Shown here piece after piece: positions 17,690-28,127 of a stretch of 54,996 nucleotides of DNA. The notes under the pieces are model-generated. The model had not been told where the DNA came from. It made no database searches and worked only from the letters and a program-made list of their open reading frames with translations. Location: IMG/VR virus record IMGVR_UViG_3300045988_171436, positions 1 to 54,996 of that record; one strand, 5' to 3'. Source of the DNA: a virus. Lineage: Duplodnaviria; Heunggongvirae; Uroviricota; Caudoviricetes. Made by a program: the position numbers and the translations under genes. How positions within the stretch are numbered: position 1 is the first letter of the stretch; each line of letters opens with the position of its first letter.

Positions 17690-18040
17690 ATGCCACCACG
17701 AATCCCAAAATCCTGCCGCGTTCGCGGCTGCCGCCATACCACTACTGACCCGTCAGGCTACTGCGAAAGCCACAAAAACGAAGGCTGGAAGCAATACAAG
17801 CCAGGACAATCCCGTCATCAGCGCGGCTACGGTTCGAAATGGGATGCTATCCGTGAACGTGTACTGAAACGTGACAAAGGTTTATGTCAGTTATGTCTGC
17901 GTGCCGGTGTGGTGCGTGAAGCGAAAACCGTTGACCACATCATCCCTAAAGCGCATGGCGGCACTGATGCCGACTGTAATCTGCAGAGTCTGTGCTGGCC
18001 GTGTCATAAGGCGAAGACGGCCCGTGAACGGTTGAAGTGA
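17690..18040 (+). CDS. HNH endonuclease (packaging-associated)
   Basis: CQLCLRAG...VDHIIPKAHGGTDADCNLQSLCWPCHKAKT HNH motif; immediately upstream of terminase. Confidence 0.8.
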   Translation: MPPRIPKSCRVRGCRHTTTDPSGYCESHKNEGWKQYKPGQSRHQRGYGSKWDAIRERVLKRDKGLCQLCLRAGVVREAKTVDHIIPKAHGGTDADCNLQSLCWPCHKAKTARERLK

Positions 18041-18066
18041 TAATGATTCTCAACTTCCTGAGGGGA

Positions 18067-18126
18067 GGGGCGGGTCAAATCCCTGCGGCCTGACGTCTTC
18101 CGGACTGCCCGCCCCATCGTTTTTTT
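18067..18126 (+). promoter_or_regulatory. GC-rich stem (GGGGCGGG/CCCGCCCC) plus T-run between HNH and terS; candidate cos region or terminator
   Basis: 8-bp G/C arms at 18067-18074 and 18108-18115, T7 at 18120-18126. Confidence 0.35.
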
Positions 18127-18165
18127 ATACCCGCGAAAAATGAAATTTAACCAGGAGTGCCGCAT

Positions 18166-18660
18166 ATGGCTGGAACGGCGGGGCGTTCCGGGCGTCGCCC
18201 CAAGCCAACGGCGCGCAAGGCGCTGGCCGGAAACCCCGGCAAGCGAGCCCTGAATAAAGATGAACCTGTTTTTACGCCCATCAAAGGTGTTGAGCCACCG
18301 GAGTGGTTCGCTGAAGAAGATCTCCCTCTCGCCACGATCATGTGGCAACTGACAACCAAAGAACTCTGCGGTCAGGGCCTGCTGTGCGTGACTGACCTCG
18401 CGGTGCTTGAGCGGTGGTGTGTGGCCTATGAGTTCTGGCGACGTGCCGTGAAAAATATTGCCAGACAGGGCAACACCATCACCGGTGCAATGGGCGGTAT
18501 GGTCAAAAATCCTGAGCTGACCGCCAAAAAAGAACAGGAGTCCGAGATGAGCAGTACGGGGGCAATGCTCGGACTCGACCCCAGCAGCCGCCAGCGTCTG
18601 ATTGGCCTGGCGGGGCAGAAGAAAGCCACTAACCCGTTTCTGAAAATTATCGAATCATGA
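18166..18660 (+). CDS. Terminase small subunit
   Basis: AGGAG RBS at 18153-18157; Arg/Lys-rich N-terminus; precedes large terminase. Confidence 0.65.
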   Translation: MAGTAGRSGRRPKPTARKALAGNPGKRALNKDEPVFTPIKGVEPPEWFAEEDLPLATIMWQLTTKELCGQGLLCVTDLAVLERWCVAYEFWRRAVKNIARQGNTITGAMGGMVKNPELTAKKEQESEMSSTGAMLGLDPSSRQRLIGLAGQKKATNPFLKIIES

Positions 18661-20390
18661 GCCGGAAATCTTACCCCAACGTAAATGCTGCCAATCAGTA
18701 TGCCCGGGATGTCGTTCGCGGAAAGATTGTGGCCTGCCAGTTTGTGATTCAGGCCTGCCAGCGCCATCTTGATGACCTGATGGCGGAAAAAAGTAAGTCG
18801 TTTCGTTACCGCTTCGACAAGGACCTGGCTGAACGGGCCGCCAAATTTATTCAGCTGTTGCCGCATACCAAGGGTGAGTGGGCATTCAAACGGATGCCCA
18901 TCACGCTGGAGCCGTGGCAGCTCTTTGTGATCTGCTGTGCGTTTGGCTGGGTCAATAAAGGTACCCGGCTGCGCCGCTTCCGGGAGGTGTATACCGAAAT
19001 CCCCCGTAAGAACGGCAAATCGGCAATCTCTGCCGGTGTCGCCCTGTATTGTTTTGCCTGTGATAACGAGTTTGGCGCGGAAGTGTATTCCGGTGCCACG
19101 ACAGAGAAACAGGCGTGGGAAGTCTTTCGCCCGGCGCGACTGATGTGTAAACGCACACCCATGCTGACGGAAGCGTTCGGGATTGAGGTTAACGCCTCAA
19201 ACATGAACCGTCCGGAGGATGGCGCGCGGTTTGAGCCGCTGATCGGTAACCCCGGTGATGGTTCATCACCCCACTGTGCGGTGGTGGATGAATATCACGA
19301 GCATGCCACCGATGCACTTTACACCACGATGCTTACCGGGATGGGGGCGCGACGTCAGCCACTGATGTGGGCCATCACCACCGCCGGGTACAACATTGAG
19401 GGGCCGTGCTACGACAAGCGGCGGGAAGTTCTCGAGATGCTCAACGGTTCGGTACCCAACGATGAACTGTTCGGGATCATCTATACCGTTGACGAAGGCG
19501 ATGACTGGACCGACCCGCAGGTGCTGGAAAAAGCCAATCCAAATATTGGCGTGTCGGTTTATCGCGAATTTTTGTTAAGTCAGCAGCAGCGTGCGAAAAA
19601 TAACGCCCGTCTGGCAAACGTCTTTAAAACAAAACACCTCAATATCTGGGTGTCGGCGCGTTCGGCGTATTTCAACCTGGTGAGCTGGCAGAGCTGCGAG
19701 GATAAATCACTGACCCTTGAGCAGTTCGAGGGGCAGCCGTGCATTCTGGCCTTTGACCTGGCGCGTAAGCTGGATATGAACAGCATGGCGCGACTTTATA
19801 CCCGCGAGATTGACGGTAAAACGCATTACTACAGTGTGGCCCCGCGTTTCTGGGTACCGTATGACACGGTGTACAGCGTCGAGAAAAATGAAGATCGACG
19901 GACAGCCGAACGCTTTCAGAAATGGGTGGAAATGGGCGTTCTGACCGTTACCGATGGTGCGGAAGTGGATTATCGCTACATCCTCGAGGAGGCCAAAGCG
20001 GCGAACAAAATCAGCCCGGTCAGTGAGTCACCCATCGACCCCTTCGGGGCGACCGGGTTGTCACATGACCTTGCTGATGAAGACCTGAATCCCGTCACTA
20101 TCGTCCAGAACTTCACCAATATGTCCGACCCGATGAAAGAGCTGGAAGCGGCGATTGAATCGGGACGTTTTCATCATGACGGCAATCCCATCATGACCTG
20201 GTGTATCGGCAACGTGGTCGGCAAAACCATTCCGGGTAACGATGATGTGGTGAAGCCCGTCAAAGAGCAGGCGGAAAACAAAATCGATGGTGCAGTTGCG
20301 CTGATTATGGCGGTTGGCAGAGCCATGCTGTACGAGAAAGAAGACACGCTGTCTGACCACATTGAGTCCTATGGGATCCGCTCGCTTTAA
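18657..20390 (+). CDS. Terminase large subunit
   Basis: 577 aa with Walker A-like PRKNGKSA and C-terminal nuclease-like region; canonical position. Confidence 0.85.
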   Translation: MSRKSYPNVNAANQYARDVVRGKIVACQFVIQACQRHLDDLMAEKSKSFRYRFDKDLAERAAKFIQLLPHTKGEWAFKRMPITLEPWQLFVICCAFGWVNKGTRLRRFREVYTEIPRKNGKSAISAGVALYCFACDNEFGAEVYSGATTEKQAWEVFRPARLMCKRTPMLTEAFGIEVNASNMNRPEDGARFEPLIGNPGDGSSPHCAVVDEYHEHATDALYTTMLTGMGARRQPLMWAITTAGYNIEGPCYDKRREVLEMLNGSVPNDELFGIIYTVDEGDDWTDPQVLEKANPNIGVSVYREFLLSQQQRAKNNARLANVFKTKHLNIWVSARSAYFNLVSWQSCEDKSLTLEQFEGQPCILAFDLARKLDMNSMARLYTREIDGKTHYYSVAPRFWVPYDTVYSVEKNEDRRTAERFQKWVEMGVLTVTDGAEVDYRYILEEAKAANKISPVSESPIDPFGATGLSHDLADEDLNPVTIVQNFTNMSDPMKELEAAIESGRFHHDGNPIMTWCIGNVVGKTIPGNDDVVKPVKEQAENKIDGAVALIMAVGRAMLYEKEDTLSDHIESYGIRSL

Positions 20391-20401
20391 CTGAGGTAAT
20401 T

Positions 20402-20584
20402 ATGATCATGCTGATTCTCGCGCCTCTGGTGGGCGTGCTGGGGGCGCTTTTGCTGGCGTATGGTGCCTGGCTGATTTATCCCCCGGCGGGGTTTGTTGTT
20501 GCCGGGGCGTTGTGCCTGTTCTGGTCGTGGCTGGTGGCGCGATATCTCGACCGTACACAGTCGTCTGCCGGCGGAGGTAAATAG
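20402..20584 (+). CDS. Small membrane protein (60 aa)
   Basis: Two hydrophobic segments; between terminase and portal. Confidence 0.4.
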   Translation: MIMLILAPLVGVLGALLLAYGAWLIYPPAGFVVAGALCLFWSWLVARYLDRTQSSAGGGK

Positions 20585-21825
20585 TGTTCTTTTCGGGATT
20601 ATTTCAACGAAAAAGTGACGCACCGGTGACCACGCCAGCAGAGCTGGCGGATGCTATCGGGTTGTCCTACGACACCTATACCGGAAAGCAGATCAGCAGC
20701 CAGCGGGCCATGCGACTGACGGCGGTTTTTTCCTGTGTCAGGGTGCTGGCGGAGTCGGTCGGGATGTTGCCCTGCAACCTGTATCACCTGAACGGCAGCC
20801 TGAAGCAGAGAGCCACTGGCGAACGTCTGCATAAGCTGATCTCCACGCATCCCAATGGCTATATGACGCCGCAGGAGTTCTGGGAGCTGGTGGTCACCTG
20901 TCTGTGCCTGCGGGGAAACTTTTACGCCTACAAAGTGAAAGCATTTGGCGAAGTGGCTGAACTGCTGCCCGTCGATCCCGGCTGTGTGGTACCGAAGCTT
21001 AACAGTAGCTGGGAGCCGGTCTATCAGGTCACATTCCCGGATGGCTCCACGGATGTACTGAGCCAGGAGGATATCTGGCATGTGCGCACGCTGACGCTGG
21101 ACGGACTGGTGGGGCTGAATCCCATCGCCTATGCCCGCGAGGCAATATCGCTGGCGGCAGCGACCGAAGAGCACGGGGCCAGACTGTTCAGCAATGGCGC
21201 GGTGACGTCGGGTGTGTTGCGTACAGAGCAGACGCTGTCAGATCAGGCTTATGAGCGCCTGAAGAAAGATTTTGAGGAGCGTCACACCGGGCTTGGCAAT
21301 GCTCACCGCCCGATGATCCTTGAGATGGGGCTGGACTGGAAGTCGATGGCGCTGAACGCCGAGGACAGCCAGTTCCTGGAAACCCGCAGGTTTCAGCTTG
21401 AAGAAATCTGTCGTCTGTTCCGGGTGCCGTTGCACATGGTGCAGAACACCGATCGCGCCACCTTCAACAATATCGAAGAGCTGGGGCTGGGATTTATCAA
21501 CTATTCACTGGTGCCGTATCTGACCCGCATCGAACAGCGGATCAACACCGGACTGGTACGAAAAAGTAAGCAGGGCGTTTATTACGCCAAATTTAACGCC
21601 GGGGCGTTACTGCGCGGGGATATGAAGTCCCGTTTTGAAGCCTACGCCACCGGGATCAACTGGGGAATTTACTCTCCCAATGACTGCCGCGACCTGGAAG
21701 ATATGAATCCGCGTCCCGGTGGTGATGTCTATCTCACACCGATGAACATGACCACGAAACCCTCCGATGGCAGTAAAGCCGGTAAGCAGAAGGATAACGC
21801 CAATGCAGACGAAACAACGTCTTGA
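20584..21825 (+). CDS. Portal protein (HK97-like)
   Basis: 413 aa following terL, preceding prohead protease. Confidence 0.8.
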   Translation: MFFSGLFQRKSDAPVTTPAELADAIGLSYDTYTGKQISSQRAMRLTAVFSCVRVLAESVGMLPCNLYHLNGSLKQRATGERLHKLISTHPNGYMTPQEFWELVVTCLCLRGNFYAYKVKAFGEVAELLPVDPGCVVPKLNSSWEPVYQVTFPDGSTDVLSQEDIWHVRTLTLDGLVGLNPIAYAREAISLAAATEEHGARLFSNGAVTSGVLRTEQTLSDQAYERLKKDFEERHTGLGNAHRPMILEMGLDWKSMALNAEDSQFLETRRFQLEEICRLFRVPLHMVQNTDRATFNNIEELGLGFINYSLVPYLTRIEQRINTGLVRKSKQGVYYAKFNAGALLRGDMKSRFEAYATGINWGIYSPNDCRDLEDMNPRPGGDVYLTPMNMTTKPSDGSKAGKQKDNANADETTS

Positions 21826-22453
21826 TGTACCGCTGAGTCTGAAATCTGTCAGTGACTCCGGTGAGTTTGAAGGGTATGGCTCTGTCTTTGGTGTAAAGGA
21901 CAGCCACGATGATGTGGTGGTGTCCGGGGCATTTGCTGCTTCCCTGCGGGCGTGGAGTGACAGAAAAGCGTTACCTGCACTGCTCTGGCAGCACCGTATG
22001 GATGAGCCCATCGGTGTTTACACCGAAATGAAGGAAGACGATGTCGGGCTTTACGTCAGGGGGCGGTTGCTCATTGATGATGATCCCCTGGCAAAACGCG
22101 CACATGCACACATGAAGGCCGGTTCGCTAACCGGCCTTTCTATTGGGTACGTCCTGAAGGACTGGGAATACGACCGGACGAAAGAAGCCTTTCTGCTGAA
22201 AGAAATCGACCTCTGGGAAGTCAGTCTGGTGACGTTTCCGTCTAACGACGAGGCGCGGATCAGCGACGTCAAGAACGCGCTGGCCCGCGGGGAAATCCCC
22301 GAACAGAAAAAAATCGAAAGAGTCCTGCGTGATGTCGGACTCTCCCGTACCCAGGCCAAAGCATTCATGGCCGGGGGCTATGGCGCACTGTCCCTGCGCG
22401 ACGCTGAGGATGTGGGCTCTGCACTGAATGCACTGAAAAATCTGAACTTCTAA
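21803..22453 (+). CDS. Prohead protease (HK97 family)
   Basis: FEGYGSVFGVKDSHDDVVVSGAF motif region; between portal and capsid. Confidence 0.75.
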   Translation: MQTKQRLDVPLSLKSVSDSGEFEGYGSVFGVKDSHDDVVVSGAFAASLRAWSDRKALPALLWQHRMDEPIGVYTEMKEDDVGLYVRGRLLIDDDPLAKRAHAHMKAGSLTGLSIGYVLKDWEYDRTKEAFLLKEIDLWEVSLVTFPSNDEARISDVKNALARGEIPEQKKIERVLRDVGLSRTQAKAFMAGGYGALSLRDAEDVGSALNALKNLNF

Positions 22454-22467
22454 TCAGGAGAAATACG

Positions 22468-23673
22468 ATGGCGGTTGATATTAAAGATGTCGAACAGGTC
22501 GCGCAGGAGCTGCAGCAGAAGTTTGACGACTTCAAAGCAAAGAACGACAAGCGCGTGGATGCGATTGAGCAGGAAAAAGGCAAGCTTGCCGGGCAGGTGG
22601 AAACCCTGAACGGGAAACTCAGCGAGCTGGAAAATCTCAAAAGCGACCTTGAAAAAGAGCTGCTTGAGCTGAAACGTCCGGCAGGTGGTGCGCAAAATAA
22701 ACTGGCCACCGAGCATAAAGAAGCGTTTGTGGGCTTCCTGCGTAAAGGCCGTGAAGACGGTCTGCGCGATCTGGAGCGTAAGGCATTGCAGGTGGGCACC
22801 GATGAAGACGGTGGCTACGCCGTGCCGGAAGCGCTGGATCGCAACATTCTCAACCTGCTGAAAGATGAAGTGGTGATGCGTCAGGAAGCCACGGTGATCA
22901 CCGTTGGCGGTTCCGACTACAAAAAACTGGTGAATCTGGGCGGCACGGCTTCCGGATGGGTGGGGGAAACGGATACGCGATCCCAGACTGCCACCTCCAG
23001 ACTGGAGCTGATTGAACCTCTCATGGGGGAAATCTACGGCAACCCGCAGGCTACCCAGAAAATGCTGGACGATGCCTTCTTCAACGTGGAAGCATGGATC
23101 AACAGCGAGCTGGCAACCGAATTTGCCGAACAGGAAGAAATTGCCTTTACCACCGGCGATGGTACCAAGAAGCCGAAAGGGTTCCTGGCGTATGAATCCA
23201 CGGATGAAACCGATAAGGTCCGGGCGTTCGGCAAACTTCAGCATATTGTATCCGGCGACGCGACTGCGGTGACCGCTGATGCCATTATCAAACTGATTTA
23301 CACGCTGCGAAAGGCACACCGCACCGGCGCGAAGTTCATGATGAACAACAACAGCCTGTTTGCCATCCGTTTGCTGAAAGACACCGAGGGTAACTATCTG
23401 TGGCGTCCGGGGCTGGAACTGGGGCAGCCGTCCTCTCTGGCGGGTTACGGTATCGCTGAAAACGAACAGATGCCGGATATCGCCGCTGATGCGAAAGCCA
23501 TTGCATTTGGTAACTTCAAACGGGGTTACACCATCGTTGACCGTATCGGCACCCGCATTCTGCGTGACCCGTACACCAATAAACCGTTTGTCGGTTTTTA
23601 TACCACCAAGCGCACCGGCGGGATGCTGGTCGATTCGCAGGCCATCAAACTGCTGAAGATTGCAGCGGCGTAA
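22468..23673 (+). CDS. Major capsid protein (HK97 fold)
   Basis: 401 aa with N-terminal coiled-coil scaffold-like delta domain, after protease. Confidence 0.8.
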   Translation: MAVDIKDVEQVAQELQQKFDDFKAKNDKRVDAIEQEKGKLAGQVETLNGKLSELENLKSDLEKELLELKRPAGGAQNKLATEHKEAFVGFLRKGREDGLRDLERKALQVGTDEDGGYAVPEALDRNILNLLKDEVVMRQEATVITVGGSDYKKLVNLGGTASGWVGETDTRSQTATSRLELIEPLMGEIYGNPQATQKMLDDAFFNVEAWINSELATEFAEQEEIAFTTGDGTKKPKGFLAYESTDETDKVRAFGKLQHIVSGDATAVTADAIIKLIYTLRKAHRTGAKFMMNNNSLFAIRLLKDTEGNYLWRPGLELGQPSSLAGYGIAENEQMPDIAADAKAIAFGNFKRGYTIVDRIGTRILRDPYTNKPFVGFYTTKRTGGMLVDSQAIKLLKIAAA

Positions 23674-23680
23674 TCATTCA

Positions 23681-23701
23681 GGGGCGCGGAACCGCGCCCC
23701 C
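23681..23701 (+). terminator. Stem-loop downstream of capsid gene
   Basis: GGGGCGCGG-AACC-GCGCCCC, weak T-run. Confidence 0.4.
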
Positions 23702-23722
23702 TGTTCTGACGGGTGAAGAATC

Positions 23723-23923
23723 ATGATCCTGAAACAAGATCTGAAATGGTCACCGGACGGTATGCGTGTTGAGGTCATTCGGGCCGGTGAGTATGACGAC
23801 GGGGCGCTGCCTGCCCGGGTGCAGGAGATTTCACTTCAGGCCGGGTTAGCAGAGCGCGGAACCAGTGCAAAAAGCAGTAAAGCGGCAAAAGAGAAAAAAG
23901 CCACGACCAGTAAAGAGGGCTGA
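23723..23923 (+). CDS. Small hypothetical head-associated protein
   Basis: 66-aa ORF with Lys/Ala-rich C-terminus. Confidence 0.35.
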   Translation: MILKQDLKWSPDGMRVEVIRAGEYDDGALPARVQEISLQAGLAERGTSAKSSKAAKEKKATTSKEG

Positions 23924-23925
23924 GT

Positions 23926-24249
23926 ATGCTTCTGACAATAGAAGAGATTAAAGCCCAACTCCGGCTGGATGAGGATTTCGATACTGATGACCGTCATCTG
24001 CAACTGCTGGCCTGTGCGGCGCAAAAGCGGACGGAAACGTATCTGAACCGGAAGCTCTATGCACCGGATGAAACCATTCCGGACAGCGATCCGGACGGAC
24101 TACACCTGCCGGATGATATTCGTCTGGGGATGCTGATGCTTATCAGCCATTTTTACGAAAACCGCTCGTCGGTTACGGAAGTGGAGAAACTCGACATGCC
24201 GCAGAGTTTTGGCTGGCTTGTCAGCCCGTACAGGTACTTTCCGCAATGA
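23926..24249 (+). CDS. Head-tail connector (gp6-like)
   Basis: 107 aa; MLLTIEEIKAQLRLDEDFDTDD start typical of this family. Confidence 0.55.
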   Translation: MLLTIEEIKAQLRLDEDFDTDDRHLQLLACAAQKRTETYLNRKLYAPDETIPDSDPDGLHLPDDIRLGMLMLISHFYENRSSVTEVEKLDMPQSFGWLVSPYRYFPQ

Positions 24250-24656
24250 AAATTCGTCAGGCGCAGACCAGCGCAACCTACATCCTGCCGGACCCCGGCG
24301 AACTGAATAAACGCGTCCTGATCCGCCAGCGGGTGGATATGCCCGCGGATAACTTTGGCGTGGAGCCTCAATACCCGGTTGCGTTCCGGGCATGGGCGAA
24401 GGTTATCCAGACCAGTGCCACCACCTGGCAGGAAACCGCGCAGACCGGAGACGCCATCACCCATTACATCACCATTCGCTACCGCCGGGGGATCACTGCT
24501 GATTATGAGGTGGTCTGTGGTGACAGTGTGTACCGCGTGAAACGTCAGCGTGATCTGAACGGAGCGCGGCGCTTTCTGCTGCTGGAGTGTACGGAGCTGG
24601 GCGAATTTACGCAGAGTCACGGAGGCAACAATGGCGACTTCCTTTTTGCACGTTGA
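24246..24656 (+). CDS. Head closure / head-tail adaptor
   Basis: Position and size (136 aa). Confidence 0.45.
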   Translation: MKIRQAQTSATYILPDPGELNKRVLIRQRVDMPADNFGVEPQYPVAFRAWAKVIQTSATTWQETAQTGDAITHYITIRYRRGITADYEVVCGDSVYRVKRQRDLNGARRFLLLECTELGEFTQSHGGNNGDFLFAR

Positions 24657-25137
24657 TTTTCAGCAGCCCGCGGAGATGCGCTTTAACCGCGCCCGTGTCC
24701 GGCGGGCGTTTGTCACGATTGGTCAGCGTCATATGCGTGATGCCCGTCGGCTGGTGATGCGCCGTGTGCGGTCGGCACCGGGTGAAAACCCCGGTTATCA
24801 GACCGGACGCCTGGCTCGTTCGATTGGTTACATGGTACCCAGAGCCAGTAAACATCGCCCTGGTTTTATGGCACGTATAGCCCCTAACCAGCGTAATGGA
24901 GAGGGAAACCGCCGTATCACCGGTGATTTTTATCCGGCTTTTTTGTTCTATGGCGTGAGGCGAGGGGCAAAGCGTCGTCGCAGCCATCATCGTGGTGCAT
25001 CCGGTGGCAGCGGCTGGCGACTGGCTCCACGTAATAACTTCATGGTGGAAACGCTTGAAAAGAACCGCAGTTGGACACGCTATTTTCTGGCGCGGGAATT
25101 GCGTAAATCACTGAAGCCGGAGCGACGACACAGATGA
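24631..25137 (+). CDS. Neck/tail-completion protein (HK97 gp10-like, tentative)
   Basis: Position, basic composition. Confidence 0.4.
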   Translation: MATSFLHVDFQQPAEMRFNRARVRRAFVTIGQRHMRDARRLVMRRVRSAPGENPGYQTGRLARSIGYMVPRASKHRPGFMARIAPNQRNGEGNRRITGDFYPAFLFYGVRRGAKRRRSHHRGASGGSGWRLAPRNNFMVETLEKNRSWTRYFLARELRKSLKPERRHR

Positions 25138-25694
25138 AACTGACGCCTGTTATTGCTGCACTGCGTGCCCGCTGTCCGTATTTTGAAAACCGGGTTGCAG
25201 GCGCGGCCCAGTTCAAAAATCTGCCGGAGGTCGGAAAGCTGAAACTCCCGGCGGCATATGTTGTACCGGGTGATGATTCTCCGGGAGAAAACAAAAGCCA
25301 GACCGACTACTGGCAGGAGCTGAAAGAGGGTTTCTCCGTGGTTGTCATACTGAGTAACGGGCGTGATGAGCGCGGTCAGTTTGCCTCGTATGATGTGGTG
25401 GACGATGTCCGGCAGATGCTCTTTAAGGCTCTGCTGGGCTGGAACCCGGAGGCGTGCGGTAACCCGATTACCTATGACGGCGGCACGCTGCTGGATCTGA
25501 ATCGTCATGAGCTGATTTATCAGTTCGATTTTTCGGTCATCAGCGAGCTGACTGAAGACGATACCCGCCAGCAGGATGATCTGAACAGTCTGGATGAACT
25601 GCAAACGCTGGCGATTGATGTTGATTATCTTGATCCCGGTAACGGGCCTGACGGCGATATCGAACATCACACCGAAATAACCCTTCCTTCCTGA
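25134..25694 (+). CDS. Tail terminator/completion protein (tentative)
   Basis: Position upstream of sheath. Confidence 0.4.
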   Translation: MKLTPVIAALRARCPYFENRVAGAAQFKNLPEVGKLKLPAAYVVPGDDSPGENKSQTDYWQELKEGFSVVVILSNGRDERGQFASYDVVDDVRQMLFKALLGWNPEACGNPITYDGGTLLDLNRHELIYQFDFSVISELTEDDTRQQDDLNSLDELQTLAIDVDYLDPGNGPDGDIEHHTEITLPS

Positions 25695-25702
25695 GAATCT
25701 TC

Positions 25703-25873
25703 ATGTTTGTGAAACCTGTTAAAGGGCGGTCAGTGCCTGACCCTGCCCGCGGTGACCTTTTGCCCACCGAAGGGCGAAATGTTGACGAGAACAACTACTG
25801 GCTGCGCCGTGAAGCAGCGGGTGATATCCGGCGCGTGAATAAAAAGGTGAACACCGATGACGATAAGCTTTAA
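25703..25873 (+). CDS. Small protein upstream of sheath (56 aa; DUF2635-like, tentative)
   Basis: Hand translation MFVKPVKGRSVPDPARGDLLPTEGRNVDENNYWLRREAAGDIRRVNKKVNTDDDKL; below the 60-aa cutoff of the track. Confidence 0.3.
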   Translation: MFVKPVKGRSVPDPARGDLLPTEGRNVDENNYWLRREAAGDIRRVNKKVNTDDDKL

Positions 25874-27353
25874 CACCATTCCGTCGAATACGCTGGTTCC
25901 GCTGTTTTATGCGGAAATGGATAACTCGGCGGCAAATACTGTACAGGACAGCGGGGCATCGTTGCTGATTGGTCACGCCAATAACGGTGCAGAGATTGTT
26001 GCCAACAGTCTGGTGCTGATGCCGTCGGCAGACTATGCACGCCAGATTTGTGGTGCGGGAAGTCAGCTGGCGCGTATGGTCGAGGCTTATCGCCAGACCG
26101 ACCCGTTTGGCGAGCTGTATGTGATTGCCGTTCCGGAAGCCACAGGCGCAGCGGCAACGGTTACGCTGACGGTGACCGGGGCGGCAACCGAGACCGGCAC
26201 GGTGAATGTTTATGTGGGACGTACCCGCGTGCAGACACCGGTGACCAACGGCGATAACGTCACGACGATTGCCAGCAGTATCAAAGATGCCATCAATGCC
26301 GTTCCGGCCCTGCCGTTTACGGCCTCATCTTCGGCAGGCGTGGTCACGCTGACCGCGCGTTATAAGGGGCTTTGCGGGAATGAAATTCCTGTCAGCCTCA
26401 ATTACTACGGCTTTGGTGGGGGCGAAGTGCTGCCAGCGGGCGTACAGATTGCCGTGGCGACGGGGACCGCCGGAACGGGCGCTCCGGTTCTCACCGGCGC
26501 GGTGGCTGCAATGGCGGATGAGCCGTTTGATTATATCGGCCTGCCGTTCAACGACACGGCCTCCGTTAACACGCTGGTGACCGAAATGAACGATACCAGC
26601 GGTCGCTGGAGCTATGCGCGTCAGCTGTATGGTCATGTGTATACGGCAAAGACCGGCACGCTGTCAGAACTGGTGACCGCAGGTGACCAGTTTAACCAGC
26701 AGCACATTACCCTGGCGGGGTACGAAAAAGACACCCAGACGCCTGCCGACGAGCTGGCGGCAAGCCGTACCGCCCGCGCAGCGGTGTTTATCCGCAACGA
26801 TCCGGCACGTCCCACGCAGACCGGTGAGCTGGTGGGAATGCTGCCTGCGCCGAAGGGGAAACGGTTCACGATGACCGAACAACAGACCCTGCTGTCTCAT
26901 GGCGTGGCAACGGCGTATGTCGAAAGCGGGGTGCTGCGCATTCAGCGTGATGTCACCACGTACAGGAAAAACGCTTACGGGGTTGCGGATAACAGCTACC
27001 TCGACAGCGAGACGCTGCACACCAGTGCGTATGTACTGCGCAAACTGAAATCCGTCATTACCAGTAAGTACGGGCGTCACAAGCTTGCCAGTGACGGTAC
27101 CCGCTTTGGTCCCGGTCAGGCGATTGTCACCCCGGCGGTGATTAAAGGGGAACTGCTGGCAACCTACCGTCAGCTCGAGCGTGCGGGGATCGTGGAAAAC
27201 TACGAACTGTTCAAGCAGTACCTGGTTGTGGAGCGTGATGCCAGCGATCCGAACCGCCTGAACACGCTGTTCCCGCCTGACTATGTTAACCAGTTGCGTG
27301 TCTTTGCCGTGGTTAACCAGTTCCGTCTTCAGTATTCAGAGGAGTCTGCATAA
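25857..27353 (+). CDS. Contractile tail sheath protein
   Basis: 498 aa, followed by tube, chaperone pair and tape measure. Confidence 0.75.
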   Translation: MTISFNTIPSNTLVPLFYAEMDNSAANTVQDSGASLLIGHANNGAEIVANSLVLMPSADYARQICGAGSQLARMVEAYRQTDPFGELYVIAVPEATGAAATVTLTVTGAATETGTVNVYVGRTRVQTPVTNGDNVTTIASSIKDAINAVPALPFTASSSAGVVTLTARYKGLCGNEIPVSLNYYGFGGGEVLPAGVQIAVATGTAGTGAPVLTGAVAAMADEPFDYIGLPFNDTASVNTLVTEMNDTSGRWSYARQLYGHVYTAKTGTLSELVTAGDQFNQQHITLAGYEKDTQTPADELAASRTARAAVFIRNDPARPTQTGELVGMLPAPKGKRFTMTEQQTLLSHGVATAYVESGVLRIQRDVTTYRKNAYGVADNSYLDSETLHTSAYVLRKLKSVITSKYGRHKLASDGTRFGPGQAIVTPAVIKGELLATYRQLERAGIVENYELFKQYLVVERDASDPNRLNTLFPPDYVNQLRVFAVVNQFRLQYSEESA

Positions 27354-27709
27354 TGGCCCGTATCGGGGGAACCTGTTATTTCAAAATTGACGGTCAGCAG
27401 CTATCGCTGACCGGCGGCATTGAGGTGCCCATGAACAGGACGGTCAATGATGACATCATCGGCCTGGACGGTTCAGTGGACCGCAAGGAAACTCACCGTG
27501 CGCCTTATGTCAAAGGGACCTTCAAGGTGCCGAAGAATTTTCCGGTGAGCAAAATCACCTCGTCTGATGAGATGACCATCACTGCCGAGCTGGCGAACGG
27601 TCAGGTCTATGTACTGTCGTCTGCCTGGCTGCACGGCGAAGCGAACCATAATGCCGAAGAAGGCACGGTCGATCTTGAGTTCCACGGTGAAGAAGGGGAT
27701 TACCAGTAA
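27353..27709 (+). CDS. Tail tube protein
   Basis: 118 aa, ATGA start/stop coupling with sheath. Confidence 0.65.
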   Translation: MARIGGTCYFKIDGQQLSLTGGIEVPMNRTVNDDIIGLDGSVDRKETHRAPYVKGTFKVPKNFPVSKITSSDEMTITAELANGQVYVLSSAWLHGEANHNAEEGTVDLEFHGEEGDYQ

Positions 27710-27978
27710 TGAAAGAGCTTGAGTTAAAGAAACCGATTACCGCTCATGGCGAGACACTCTCCGTACTGGAGTTTGATGAGCCCACCGGGAAAGATGTCCG
27801 CGAGCTGGGGTATCCCTACCAGATGAATCAGGATGAGTCCGTCAGACTTCTGGCGCATGTGGTATCGAAATACATTGTGCGGCTGGCGAAAGTGCCGCAA
27901 AGCTCTGTCGACCAGATGTCTCCGGCAGACCTGAATGCAGCGGCGTGGCTTGTGGCTGGTTTTTTCCTCCAGGCCTGA
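27709..27978 (+). CDS. Tail assembly chaperone (zero-frame product)
   Basis: Between tube and tape measure; T_TTT_TTC slippery heptamer at 27960-27966. Confidence 0.55.
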   Translation: MKELELKKPITAHGETLSVLEFDEPTGKDVRELGYPYQMNQDESVRLLAHVVSKYIVRLAKVPQSSVDQMSPADLNAAAWLVAGFFLQA

Positions 27979-28127
27979 CGGCTGAATACCTCACTGATCG
28001 CTTCTTTGACTGCGCCAGCTACTGGCGCATTAATCCCTTCGAATTGCTGAATATGCCGATCAGTGAAATTCCCTTGCTGGTCAGTCAGGCAAACAGGATA
28101 GAGCAGGAGAAACGCACACATGGCTGA
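27945..28127 (+). CDS. Tail assembly chaperone -1 frameshift extension
   Basis: -1 frame ORF overlapping the 3' end of the chaperone gene. Confidence 0.5.
   Translation: MACGWFFPPGLTAEYLTDRFFDCASYWRINPFELLNMPISEIPLLVSQANRIEQEKRTHG

Noticed and set aside
18851-23319. Numerous minus-strand ORFs inside the terminase, portal, protease and capsid genes (e.g. 20599..21174, 22450..23319)
   Set aside because: Antisense frames within strongly supported, tightly packed structural genes; GC-rich sequence leaves long open frames by chance.
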